44,149 bases of DNA from contig FLMG01004237.1 of the NCBI GenBank assembly GCA_900088475.1, forward strand, positions 1-44,149, in the 5' to 3' direction. The notes under the pieces are model-generated. The model saw nothing but the letters and a program-made list of their open reading frames with translations. It was not told the DNA's origin and did not search any database. Source of the stretch: Hyphochytrium catenoides (lineage: Eukaryota; Protista; Hyphochytriomycota). This document shows positions 11,689 through 21,811 of the stretch, in pieces; within the stretch, counting starts at the first letter, position 1; each line of letters begins with the position of its first letter. A program made the translations under genes and the position numbers.

Positions 11689-13335
11689 TCAACAGTAGGA
11701 TACTCCATGACTTGGATCGTACTCCTCCCCTCTCTTTGCGGCTTCTTTTCTTAGCCGTTGCTCCTCTTTCGCATCTAAGAACATGTACCACCTCTGTTTC
11801 CCTCCCTTCTTATAGTACCAATAGACAAACCCAGCAATACCCAGACAGACGACAGCAGTTAGCAGGCTACCCACAACCACCAAGCCGGTAGAGCCCTGGA
11901 ATAACGCCACCAGACCGAGGAGCACCACAGGGATAATTAGGAATATGAGGATAATGAAGAGGACTGCCACCATGGACCATTTCGCACTGAAGAAGGCCAA
12001 GGTTCGTGCCATAGACAGGATGGGCCGCCGCGTAATAGGGATTGGATAGAAGAGAAAGATGCCAAAGAGGTTGAAGAAGAAATGAACTAACGCCACAGCT
12101 ACGGCGTCTGCTTTTCCGGTCACGAGAGACGCCAGTAGCGCTGTTCCTGTTGTGCCGAGATTGGCTCCAATAACAATCGGATAGACTTGCTCTAGAGTGA
12201 TCAATCCAAGACCAGCCATGGGAGTAAGCGTCGATGTGACTATAGTAGAAGAGTGTACGGCGAAAGTCACTGCTGTGCCCACTAGAATGTTGATGTAGTC
12301 ATTGTAGTTCAGTATTTTCTTCACAATCCTCTGGGTTGGCCCCTTCAGCAACTTCGTCAACATTTTCACCAACCCGACCAGGGACGCAATCAACAGAATA
12401 ACGCCAATCACCAGACCGATTGCACCAGCGGCATCATCGCTTAAACCGGCGTTCTTGAGTGCCCCAGCCTTCAGAAAAACTGCATCCTCACAAGCCACTT
12501 TACCCGTTGCCACGTTCTCTATCATCTTTTTGTCAACAACGAGAAGTTTATCGGTTAGAGGCTTGACCACGTAGTCTACAGGGCTGGGAAAAGCGCCGCC
12601 GCTTGCTTTGGCACCACTATCTGCGATCGCACTTGAAAGCTTCTGGAGAGGATGGAAGATGACCTCGAGGGGAAACATAACAATGACAGACCAGATATTG
12701 TACATGTCGTGAACGGTGGCGGCTGCCATTGCTCGTTGGAACTTGGCACGATCCCCAACTTGCCCAAAGGCGACCATGATGCAGGTTACACAGGTCCCAA
12801 TATTAGCTCCCATAATGATAGGGACAGCCTGTTCTACCGTTAGACCCCCGGCTCCAACCAAGGCGACTGTGATCGACGTAACTGTGCCAGAACTGTGAAG
12901 AAGTGCAGTGGCCACAGTTCCTACCATCAGACCAGCAACTGGATTATTAGCAAAGTGGAAGGCTCCCTTTGCCTCGCAGCCCAAGATAAGCGTGAAGGAG
13001 TCGCCAATCCATTTCACCGCCACCATAAAGAAGTACAAGGAACCTACGGCTAAGACAAAGTACCCGAACCCCCAGAGGATTCTCTGCCAAAGTGGCCGCT
13101 TTGAGGTGAACATATCGTCATCGTCCTGCTTCTCCACTGGAAGGCCAAATTCGTCCAGCTCTTCTGCAGGATGCTGCTGAAGGAGGATCTTGTTGTCCTC
13201 CTTGCTTATGTTGCTGCTCCCACCTGGCGTAAGCGTCTGTCGGTAGGGCTGATAAGTGTCGGCTGAGTCAATTACATGGCCAGATATGGGCGTCAGCTGG
13301 GGTGCTGTTCCCTCCTTCCCTGCTTTGATAGTCAT
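11689..13335 (-). CDS. SLC34/NaPi-II (PNaS family) sodium-dependent phosphate cotransporter, intronless, ~548 aa
   Basis: Two inverted-repeat signature units: HSSGTVTS...IMGANIGTC and HSSTIVTS...IGANLGTT. Also AATVHDMYN, ALVHFFFNLFG and multiple TM helices. First ATG is at 13335 (MTIKAG); the ORF-track extension to 13494 uses a non-ATG start. Confidence 0.93.
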   Translation of the reverse strand: MTIKAGKEGTAPQLTPISGHVIDSADTYQPYRQTLTPGGSSNISKEDNKILLQQHPAEELDEFGLPVEKQDDDDMFTSKRPLWQRILWGFGYFVLAVGSLYFFMVAVKWIGDSFTLILGCEAKGAFHFANNPVAGLMVGTVATALLHSSGTVTSITVALVGAGGLTVEQAVPIIMGANIGTCVTCIMVAFGQVGDRAKFQRAMAAATVHDMYNIWSVIVMFPLEVIFHPLQKLSSAIADSGAKASGGAFPSPVDYVVKPLTDKLLVVDKKMIENVATGKVACEDAVFLKAGALKNAGLSDDAAGAIGLVIGVILLIASLVGLVKMLTKLLKGPTQRIVKKILNYNDYINILVGTAVTFAVHSSTIVTSTLTPMAGLGLITLEQVYPIVIGANLGTTGTALLASLVTGKADAVAVALVHFFFNLFGIFLFYPIPITRRPILSMARTLAFFSAKWSMVAVLFIILIFLIIPVVLLGLVALFQGSTGLVVVGSLLTAVVCLGIAGFVYWYYKKGGKQRWYMFLDAKEEQRLRKEAAKRGEEYDPSHGVSYC

Positions 13336-14148
13336 GCTTAGTAGGTGACAGACTCCTCCGGTAGTGCTGAGTGGCCCACGATATAGGACGTTGTAGCAGC
13401 AGCGTAGGCGGCGATAGATGGACACACCAACAAGCAGCTTGTGATAATGACGGCAAAAGGAAGCCGCGTGTTTGGTTTGCACTGGATGAAGCAAAACAGG
13501 GAGTGGCGTAGTCTTGAAGCCAAAGTACCTCCTAAGCCCTCTTCCTCCTACACATTCAGAAGGGAGAAGAGACTCATGCGACGGTTGCTCTGTTATTAGT
13601 AGCCATTCCTATGCCGTCATGTCCTTCTAACGCTGAATAAATCTCCTCCTGTCCTCGTGCTGGGATGTTGCCCAAGAGTAGTCCACTGTGTGGGAGCGTG
13701 TAGTAATAGGATTAGTTAGGAGGACCTTGCATGCTAAGGCCTTATGTCTCTTTGGTTGACTGGTTCAAGAAAGGGAAACTGAGACCAATCTCGTGCTCTT
13801 CCAAGGTTGTTCTACAGCTACTGTATTCTACCCCTTCGATCATGGAGGAGATTCCTTCGAGAGAGGGATTGAATCTTGATGGCCGCGACCTGATTCTGGC
13901 TGTACCTATTTCTAGGCGGTCCTTGTCCAGCTCCGATCCTATCAGTAGGCAAGGCGTCACACTACCCCACCTAACCCCTAAAGAGTGTGAAGTAACAACG
14001 GACTGGCTGACGACTATGCCCAAGTTTTGATTGGTGGATGAGGCTTTATAGAAACATATGAAAGCTGGGAAACTTTCAACCGGAGGATACCATGATTGCT
14101 AGTGCTGTGAGTGTAAAGGTAACTGAAACTTAGCCCTTCGCCCTTTAA

Positions 14149-14653
14149 AGAGCATCTCCACCAGGAGTCTCTAAATGAATCTCTATTGCCGCGTTAGCGG
14201 ATACTCGAGAAGCGATCTGATTGGTCAACGACTGGGAATCCCGTTAGGGGCTCTATAGCGATAGAGTTGCTCCACCCGGCAATGGAGTCAAGTCCGTCTG
14301 TTTTATAGAAAATTCTATCTCTCACCCCAGAAAGCGATTTTGCTGCTGAAACACAGACAAACCTAGCACAATATAAACTCAGATCAAGCCAAACCCATTG
14401 CATCTGCTTCACATAGTTCTAGTGTTCAAAATCACACTAAAATGAAAACCCACAACTGCCTGCAATAGAGACTGAGAGCCGTTAACCGATAATGACGGTC
14501 TCTATTCAGGTACAAAATAGAGACTCACTAACCGGCAACGTGCTTGGTTATGAAAGCTATATAGCGATAGAGACGCCCGGTGGAGCAACGTTTTCACATG
14601 AAAGTCTATATAGCGATAGAGATAGCGATAGAGACCCCCGGTGGAGATGCTCT
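14149..14653. mobile_element. PIF/Harbinger-type (Tourist-like) MITE, ~505 bp
   Basis: 25-bp TIRs: AGAGCATCTCCACCAGGAGTCTCTA at the left end and TAGAGACCCCCGGTGGAGATGCTCT at the right end (23/25 match as reverse complement). GAGCATCTCCA is a typical Harbinger TIR start. TAA on the left flank, ATAA on the right (imperfect TSD). No ORF. Confidence 0.8.
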
Positions 14654-17459
14654 ATAAGGCCTTGGTAAAATGACTATAACAATTTCGAGTAGACCACCAG
14701 TGGATAACTGAAGCGGAAAGCTTCCTTGCGCATTCACTTGAAACATTTCGCTGCGTCGCACCTCCTTTATTCCGCTACGGTAACAACATCATCAAAAGTG
14801 CGTTTTGGTCTACCGTTGTTCCTTGCTTTTGATGACAAGAGTGTCAGTAGATCTCAAGAGAAGAAGTCATCAGCACGGTTCTTCTCAGGGTCTCAGGGTT
14901 AATCTCCAGGAGATCCTTGCCGTTGGTCCGTCTTTTTCTTTCCCTTTCCTCAAACAGAGGGGTCATCTTTGGTAAGGACATTGCTGCTATTGGGGCAGCA
15001 ATGTGATGAAGCTGACGCTGGAGGAAGGTTGAGACCAAACAACAAAGCCCATGATAAAAAGTCTCAAGATTCTCTATAGTGAAGAAATACTCCGACTGCC
15101 TATGATATACTCGTATCAGAATGGTGACAAGCAAACTTCAAAGATTCCTTTCCCTCACGAACGCATCTTGTTAGTCATCATACTATTTGTTGGGTGGCAC
15201 CAACAACAAGCGTAGGTGACACCACTGAACGACAAGACAGTAGTTCTACTCTGAACGACAAGATGTTGCTCTGGCCCAAGCTCTGGCCTAGTTTAAGCCT
15301 TAGTTGTCAGAACTAAGTCTTCCACCAACTGGTTTTTTTATGATCTATGAATGTGAAAACTCAACTTTGAAGATTTATTAGTGGCTAGTGTTGAGAACAG
15401 CACAGAGAACCACTTTTGTGTATTCTTTTATAAAAAAGTTGGTCTTTTCTTCTGAAGTTATAAAGTATTTATAATACAACTCGGCTTCGTCTGCCTTTTC
15501 TTCTATGGAGAGCCCATTCGAAGTCCTTGAAGATTGCCTCGAGTTCTTTGTGGTCCAATGATTGAGCGACAGCCATGAGTGAGCTCTGTCGTCTTTTCCT
15601 CCTCCTGATAAAGGGAGGAAAAGGCAGCCAAGATTATTGTACTTCCACAAAACAGAGAAGTCGGTGCTGCCCAAGCGCCCAAGCACCTCCTCGAGGGAGG
15701 GCGACTATTACTATCTGCTCTTATAGAGACTCGAAGAGAAGAGAATGGCCTCAAACTTGAGAGCAGCTTGGACAGCAAGAGGTCTTCATAAAGCAGGGAA
15801 CATTAGTAGGTTGTCCTTTCTCTAGGAAAGTGACATGCGCATCAGTTAGGCTTTTGAGTTTCTAGTTTATGGCCATAAATCAACGCTCACAACCTGGGGT
15901 GCTTTCTTGTCATCTCTTATCCTTAGCGTGTGGTCTGGGCTAATGCAGGCAGGGAGATGATGGTAATACCTCCCCACATTGACAGCATTGTGGCCGAACA
16001 GTGTGTTTCCATGCAAACACAAGCTCTACCAGTATTTCTACCTCTCTGTGTTTCGTCACCGTTCAAGTTCATGATGTACCACTAACTTAGGTGGACATCG
16101 AGTTGGTTCTTGCATGATTCTAAAATGTGTGTCTCCTCTATTCGTGGATGAACACTGCCGCGATCCTTATCCGTTTCCCGGTTTCCGACATTGAGAACTG
16201 GAAGAAATATTGATAGCTCCTCAGAATGAGGACTCTCTTCGTAGAACGGAGATAGTAGTAGGTCCCAGTGTGGCGGCGGTGCGACTGATGGATTGTTGAG
16301 GCTTCGCCAGCGCGTAATAGGAGAGGTTACAATAATTACGCTGAGTCGATCTCTGCGTTACCTTTTCTGCTACTTCCTTTTTTCATTGGACCACGACCGT
16401 CTCTGGCCTCTTGACTCTGGTGGTTTGAATTGCCCAAGTACTCCTCCTCCGCTTCTTGTGCTCCGTGGAGTGCAAACCTCAATCAGTCAACATCGTGTGA
16501 CTTATTTTATAGTACTTACATACATACTCAGATTAGCAAGAAGAGGAAATGATTGTCCTTTGTGGAGGACAGTAGTCCTCCGACAATATCACAGAAAGAG
16601 CTCTTACAAACACTTACCTGCAGTACTGTAGTAGTCTACCGTAAACGGTCAAAAGCTGCCGCTGGAGGACAACCAAAGCTCGTCCGTCGTAGTACCCGTC
16701 TCCCCCACCACCGTCAATTAAGGAACGACTTGTTAGCCGGCACTACTACCCGCCTTCAGTCCAAGAGAGGGCAAAGCTAGCCTAGCTATTTTATGGGGAG
16801 ATGAACACTTCCACTGACTTAAAGTTCTCATCAACGAGTAAGGAAAGAAGAGTGAGCAGACGTCTTTGTTTGTTGAGGCCTAATAGGATGACGGCTAACA
16901 TAGTACGGTTGGGTCCACGATAGCAGGAATAACGTCACAGGAGGAGTACAGCAGGATATCTCAGGTATGGTGAAGATGCGGTATGGCAGAAGCACAGCGC
17001 TGCACCACCATTAGCCCCATATGTAGCAATATTCAGCTTCTGGCCAAGGGACATGATGGGAGCGCCTAGAAGAATGAAAGTTTACCAGAGGAGCACGGAA
17101 GGGAGGAGCGAAAACAACTATTCTTCAAAAGAAGAGGGAAGGTGAGGGGAGAGGGACTGAATGGAGGGGCGAGAGCGGGCAATAGAAGACAAAGCCATAC
17201 AGAGTGGCAAAACAGAGCCCTAAAAACAACACAGGAGCTCTCCGAGAGTCAACCAGAGAGCGAGAGAAGCACTAAAAACCCACCCTGAAGGTCACAGCAG
17301 CCTGAAGGCCCCAACCTCCGCATTAGATCTAGGTAGAACATCAGAAAGGAAAGGGCTGTAAGGAAGTCAGACAAGTAACAGGTTTTAGTGTTAGGGTAAG
17401 CCTAACGCCGTACAAGGTCGCCGTGCTCTACATACGCCCACGCCTGCTTTTGAGCCTGA

Positions 17460-18357
17460 CTAGGAAAGCGCCTGTGCAATAACCTTCTGATAGAGACCAC
17501 CGAAATAAGTCTCCTTGGACCACTCATACGCCTCTGGATTTGGGCAAAAATCCATGATCTCCTTCTGCCAGAGTCCCTTGGCAAAAGGTTCCAGTTTGTC
17601 AAAGACTAAGCTCATAACAGGCTTGAGAGGATGAAGAGATGAAGGTTCATGGTAGTCCACAAAAACAATCTTCCCACCGGGCTGCAAATTTTGGAAAAGT
17701 GCCTTGACGATATCTCCCTTGACATCATCAGGCACCTCATGAAGCAAGAAGAAGCAGCAGACGGCGTCGAACGGTCCACCCACAGGGGACCGAGCGTCAG
17801 CTCGTGCCAGCGTTACATGAGACAGATCAGAAACCTTGACGCGGACCTGGTCCAGCTGTACTGTCGCCACGTCCGAGACTACTAAGTGACCTGAAGGTCC
17901 CACCCGCTCCGCCAACCGTCTCGAGAAGTTACCGTAGACGCAGGCAGGCTGTAAAACCCGCATGCCGGGCTGGAGCTCCTTGATAGCAATGGTCATCAAC
18001 TTGTTAGCGTTGCCCCACAGGATGGAGGAGACAATGAAGTTGTTATCGAGAATAGGGACGCTCTTTTCACTAAGATACGCCCACGTGTACGTGTCAGATA
18101 AATAGGCTGGAACCTCAGGGGGTGAGGTTCCCTGATAAACATAGTCAGAGCCATCATAGCTTTGNNNNNNNNNNNNNNNNNNNNNNNNNNNNNNNNNNNN
18201 NNNNNNNNNNNNNNNNNNNNNNNNNNNNNCTTGTCTGCAGCTGACGGATTGTCCGAGATTCCTTGGAGAGAGCCGCGCGCCGTCTCTGCTTAGTAAGAGC
18301 ACTCAGCAGTCTCTGAGTATCTCGGGCATATCTTAGTGCTGCCCCGGTGGTAGACAT
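17460..18357 (-). CDS. rquA: Rhodoquinone biosynthesis protein RquA with predicted mitochondrial presequence (spans N-gap 18165-18229)
   Basis: VPAYLSDTYTWAYL...ILWGN, the RquA-type degenerate SAM motif LQPACVYG, FFLLHEVP, PGGKIVFVDYH, HPLKP, LEPFAKGLW and KETYFGGLYQKVIA. Upstream of the gap, ATG 18357 gives the Arg/Ala/Ser-rich MSTTGAALRYARDTQRLLSALTKQRRRAALSKESRTIRQLQT. Frame across the gap cannot be verified. Confidence 0.9.
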
Positions 18358-19016
18358 GCTCGCTCTAAGATTTTCGGGTGCTGCTGATAGGGCAGAACAG
18401 ACCGCAGAGGAATGGCCCAAACCACCTAAGAACGTTCTAAAACGCGCTGGGTAGCTACGAATGTCGGCTTCAGATTATGCCGGTGGAGCGGCAGAGGCAG
18501 TGGCAGAACTGTGGCTTGTTGGGAGCTGGTTGGAAGTTTGATGTGTGAGCTGATTGCCAACAGCACAGCTGAATGTAGTATCAAAAAGATTTGCGCTGTT
18601 GTTATCAGTGGGCGGTAATGGTAGGAGCGCTGGCGGTGGGAGGAATGGAGAGGCATTGGAGACTGGTTTCTGTGCTTTCCTTCACACAGTTGATGAAGTT
18701 TTGGCCTCTGCTAATTATTGTCCTGCTTTCTGCTTCATAGCTTTTCGACATTGATCATCTAGCAGCTGCCCCTTGGCTGGGTGCAACACAATCCTACCTC
18801 CAATCTTTCTCCTCACTCTTCTTGTTGTCTGTTTCAAGCGGCTGTGCGCGGGGTGCGTACGTGTAGCTCCCCATTAGTATGTACGCTTGGCGTTGTCCTC
18901 TGCTCTTCCTTCCTTGGGTTGGCCACATCTCGTGTCGTAGTTCGACAGTTGTTCTTGCACTCTTCTTTAAAATATACTACGCCGTCTTTCATTGCAATGC
19001 CTCTTTCCCTCCAGTG

Positions 19017-19044
19017 CCACACCCACACCCACACCCACACCCAC
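19017..19044. repeat. (CACACC)n hexamer microsatellite in the rquA/PPR divergent intergenic region
   Basis: Direct sequence, ~4.5 copies. Confidence 0.8.
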
Positions 19045-19935
19045 TGGAGGCAAAACCACCCCAATCATGGATTGGGTTATTACTAGAAGACACCCGATAG
19101 CCTATTACCATTAAACAGAGGAGCTCTGGCTATTACCAATATGACACAAGTCGGTTGCAAAGACATGTCGGTCCGGCCATCACATCATCAAACCACAAGC
19201 GGCACAAGCGCACAATGTTGTATAACATACCTGTGCGCACATTAGCGGATTCTATCATACGATTTTACTACTGTTGCCACATGGAAAGTAGAGGTGCGCT
19301 TTAGTGTGCTCCACGTTTTGAAGGAATCAAGGTAGGTCAGTCTGCCAACTCTATTTTCTTGATAACCGCATATAATCCTGAATGATTACCAGATCAGCTA
19401 CAGTAACTGACTGTGTGCATTGTCTGATCTTGGACGGGTTGATACAGTGCAGCAGGCTATGTTAGATGGTGGGAATGGCTGAGGGATGAGGGAGCCAGAA
19501 AGCACCGAACAAAGTCCTTTTGTTATTACTATGAAGCTTTCCTTACCGATATCTGGGATCTGGGAGTGCATGCGGAGCTCCAGGCTCTGCGACGGAATGA
19601 AGAAGTCTTGCCGTCTGCCCCATAAAAAGCCGGTAGATAGCATGACTCATACTTAGCGGCGGACGTAGCAATAGAAGGCTGCGTACGACACACCTATTAT
19701 TTGCTAGGGGCAACGAAGCCTTCTGCCTCATGAGAGAACGATGGTAGGCGTTCACTACCGCTTCACACGGCCAAGAGGTCAGAAGAATGGGTTCTAGAAG
19801 AGGGATAAGGAGGTGACGGACACCCTTTCTGGCTTGCGAAATGGCTTTGTGAATGACTGCTTGTCAGCAACGCGCGGCTAGGTTGGGGCATTCAAGGAGG
19901 ACCCTGGTAGCGTTCCATTCTTTGCAGAGGATAAG

Positions 19936-21567
19936 ATGAGAAGACTGCTGGTTGGACCACGGCTGGGAGCTGGCTACAGACTCTTAAGCTCTGCAATAGG
20001 CCACGGGGAGGTGAGGCCTAGTAGGCAATATACATCACCAACCAACGGCCCATGCGCAGGAGCCTCATTTCTGGACACCAAGGACTGCTTTGATTACTCT
20101 GACTTCGGTCTACCAGTGGACTGTCTACCCGGGAGCAGTCTCGCATCATATAGCCTTCTTCGTGCCAAACGATCACTAACCTCACGGCTCACCACCCTTC
20201 AGGAAGAGTCCTCCTTGAAGGAGGCTGTGGAAGTTCTTGAGGTGGAAGATGCCGAATACTATCTTTTAGACCACCTAGCTCAGCATGGTTCGCTACCAGC
20301 CCAAGCCTGGGGCGTTATCCTCCAGCGATATTGTGAGCAGCAGGACCTTGACATGGCATGCTATGTGTTTGACTATCTGCAGAGTCAGGCGGATCGGCCG
20401 GTGGCAGAGTACTATCATACAATGATTCGGGGATTCTGTAAGGCTGGTAGAATGCAAGATGCTCGTCAACTTTTGGACGTGATGACAGAGGCTGGAGTGC
20501 CGCAGGATAGGGACACCCTCTGCTCTATGTTAATAGGTTTAGCTTCACTCAAGGACTCAGAGGGCATAGACAAAGCCCGAGCACAACTGCAGGAGAAAGG
20601 CTGGGACGTAGATCAAAGGGCAGCAAAAGCACTTCTGACTTACTACTCGGAACGCGAAGCACTATCCCAAGCAGAGCTTCTCCGAGACTCTTACATCGCT
20701 ACGGGGGGACAACTATGGGACATCCGGACTCCTCTTCTTAGACTGTACTTGCAGGTCAACGACAAGCAGAGGGTTGCAAAGTTGGCTTCTTCAGTGTATC
20801 AAGGCGCTGCAGCGGCCGGACCTGAAGTAACGGATAGGATGACCTTCGCTGTCATTGCGCTATGCAGTTCAGGCGATCTGGTTGCTGCTCAAAAACTAAT
20901 GCTGGAGGCGCTTGACCTATTTACTACTGATCGGCGTATGACGGCTGCGATTGTCTGCCTCTTAGACCATCTTCAGCGCTCCGAGCGACACGACGAGGTC
21001 GAGGCATTTGCTTCCAAAGTGTCAGCTCTTGAGCTTGAGGACTGCGGTGGGTTATACAAGGCTCTTGCACACTCCTTGTTGTCAAAGGGCAACACTGAAG
21101 CTGCGGAACAGTGGATTGCGAAGCTGAAGCGGTTCAACGACAAGCTATTGCCCGAAGACCTATACGTCCCTTTAATAAGAGCGCTCTCCGCTAAGGGGGA
21201 GATTGCGCAAGCTGCATCTCTCTTGGGGGACATGAGAAGGAGAGGCTGTGCTAGAGAAGAGGCTGTGGCCGTCGTTATTCAGCGCTGCTGTGTGGAAGGC
21301 CGCACACAAAAAGCTCTCCAGCTATTTTCTACCATGTTCACTGCTGGCATTCAACCCACGGCACGCACCTTGCATCCACTGATCCTTCATCTGGCGGAGA
21401 CGGGGAACGTTCCTAGCCTCATTGCTCTATTCAGTAAGCTGGACAGCTCGTCGCCGTTCCGACCTCAGACATCTGATGTGCAAAATATAACCAAACTGCT
21501 TCTACGAAGGGGCTTAAAAAGAGAGGCATACACTCTAGGCTCTATTGCTCAGCAGTCCACAATGTAG
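19936..21567 (+). CDS. Pentatricopeptide repeat (PPR) protein, probably mitochondrial, intronless, 543 aa
   Basis: P-type motifs such as YHTMIRGFCKAGRMQDARQLLDVMTEAGVPQD, YVPLIRALSAKGEIAQAASLLGDMRRRG and VIQRCCVEGRTQKALQLFSTMFTAGIQP. N-terminus MRRLLVGPRLGAGYRLLSS resembles a presequence. Confidence 0.9.
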   Translation: MRRLLVGPRLGAGYRLLSSAIGHGEVRPSRQYTSPTNGPCAGASFLDTKDCFDYSDFGLPVDCLPGSSLASYSLLRAKRSLTSRLTTLQEESSLKEAVEVLEVEDAEYYLLDHLAQHGSLPAQAWGVILQRYCEQQDLDMACYVFDYLQSQADRPVAEYYHTMIRGFCKAGRMQDARQLLDVMTEAGVPQDRDTLCSMLIGLASLKDSEGIDKARAQLQEKGWDVDQRAAKALLTYYSEREALSQAELLRDSYIATGGQLWDIRTPLLRLYLQVNDKQRVAKLASSVYQGAAAAGPEVTDRMTFAVIALCSSGDLVAAQKLMLEALDLFTTDRRMTAAIVCLLDHLQRSERHDEVEAFASKVSALELEDCGGLYKALAHSLLSKGNTEAAEQWIAKLKRFNDKLLPEDLYVPLIRALSAKGEIAQAASLLGDMRRRGCAREEAVAVVIQRCCVEGRTQKALQLFSTMFTAGIQPTARTLHPLILHLAETGNVPSLIALFSKLDSSSPFRPQTSDVQNITKLLLRRGLKREAYTLGSIAQQSTM

Positions 21568-21811
21568 ATATGGAAGTTAACAACAGATGCTTGGTATCGA
21601 GCCGTGTGCCTGCCCTTATCGGAGTATGAGGCACACTTAACAGATTAAAGCACATGTCCTTGTTCCTCTTAGCTACTTCGCCTCCATTCTTGGCCTCACC
21701 ATTTGCTACGTAGCATCCATGTCCCTCTTAGCCACGAGCCAGCTGGTTTAAGAGATTATTCCGTTTGTGAATGATGAAGGTGTCGCCAATAACTAGTGAT
21801 TAGGACTGATA

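Noticed and set aside
13336-13494. 53-aa N-terminal extension of the 601-aa SLC34 ORF
   Set aside because: Begins at a non-ATG codon under a bacterial-style ORF caller. The first ATG is at 13335.
14840-17100. Possible pseudogene fragments between the MITE and rquA (ORFs 14844-15134, 15378-15778, 16293-16780)
   Set aside because: Protein-like composition in places, but no family motif and no consistent splice model. Needs a BLASTx search.
18230-18302. ORF-track N-terminus MLLLSRDGARLSPRNLGQSVSCRQ for RquA
   Set aside because: Non-ATG start, and the frame is set by an estimated N-gap length. The ATG at 18357 in another frame gives a much better presequence.
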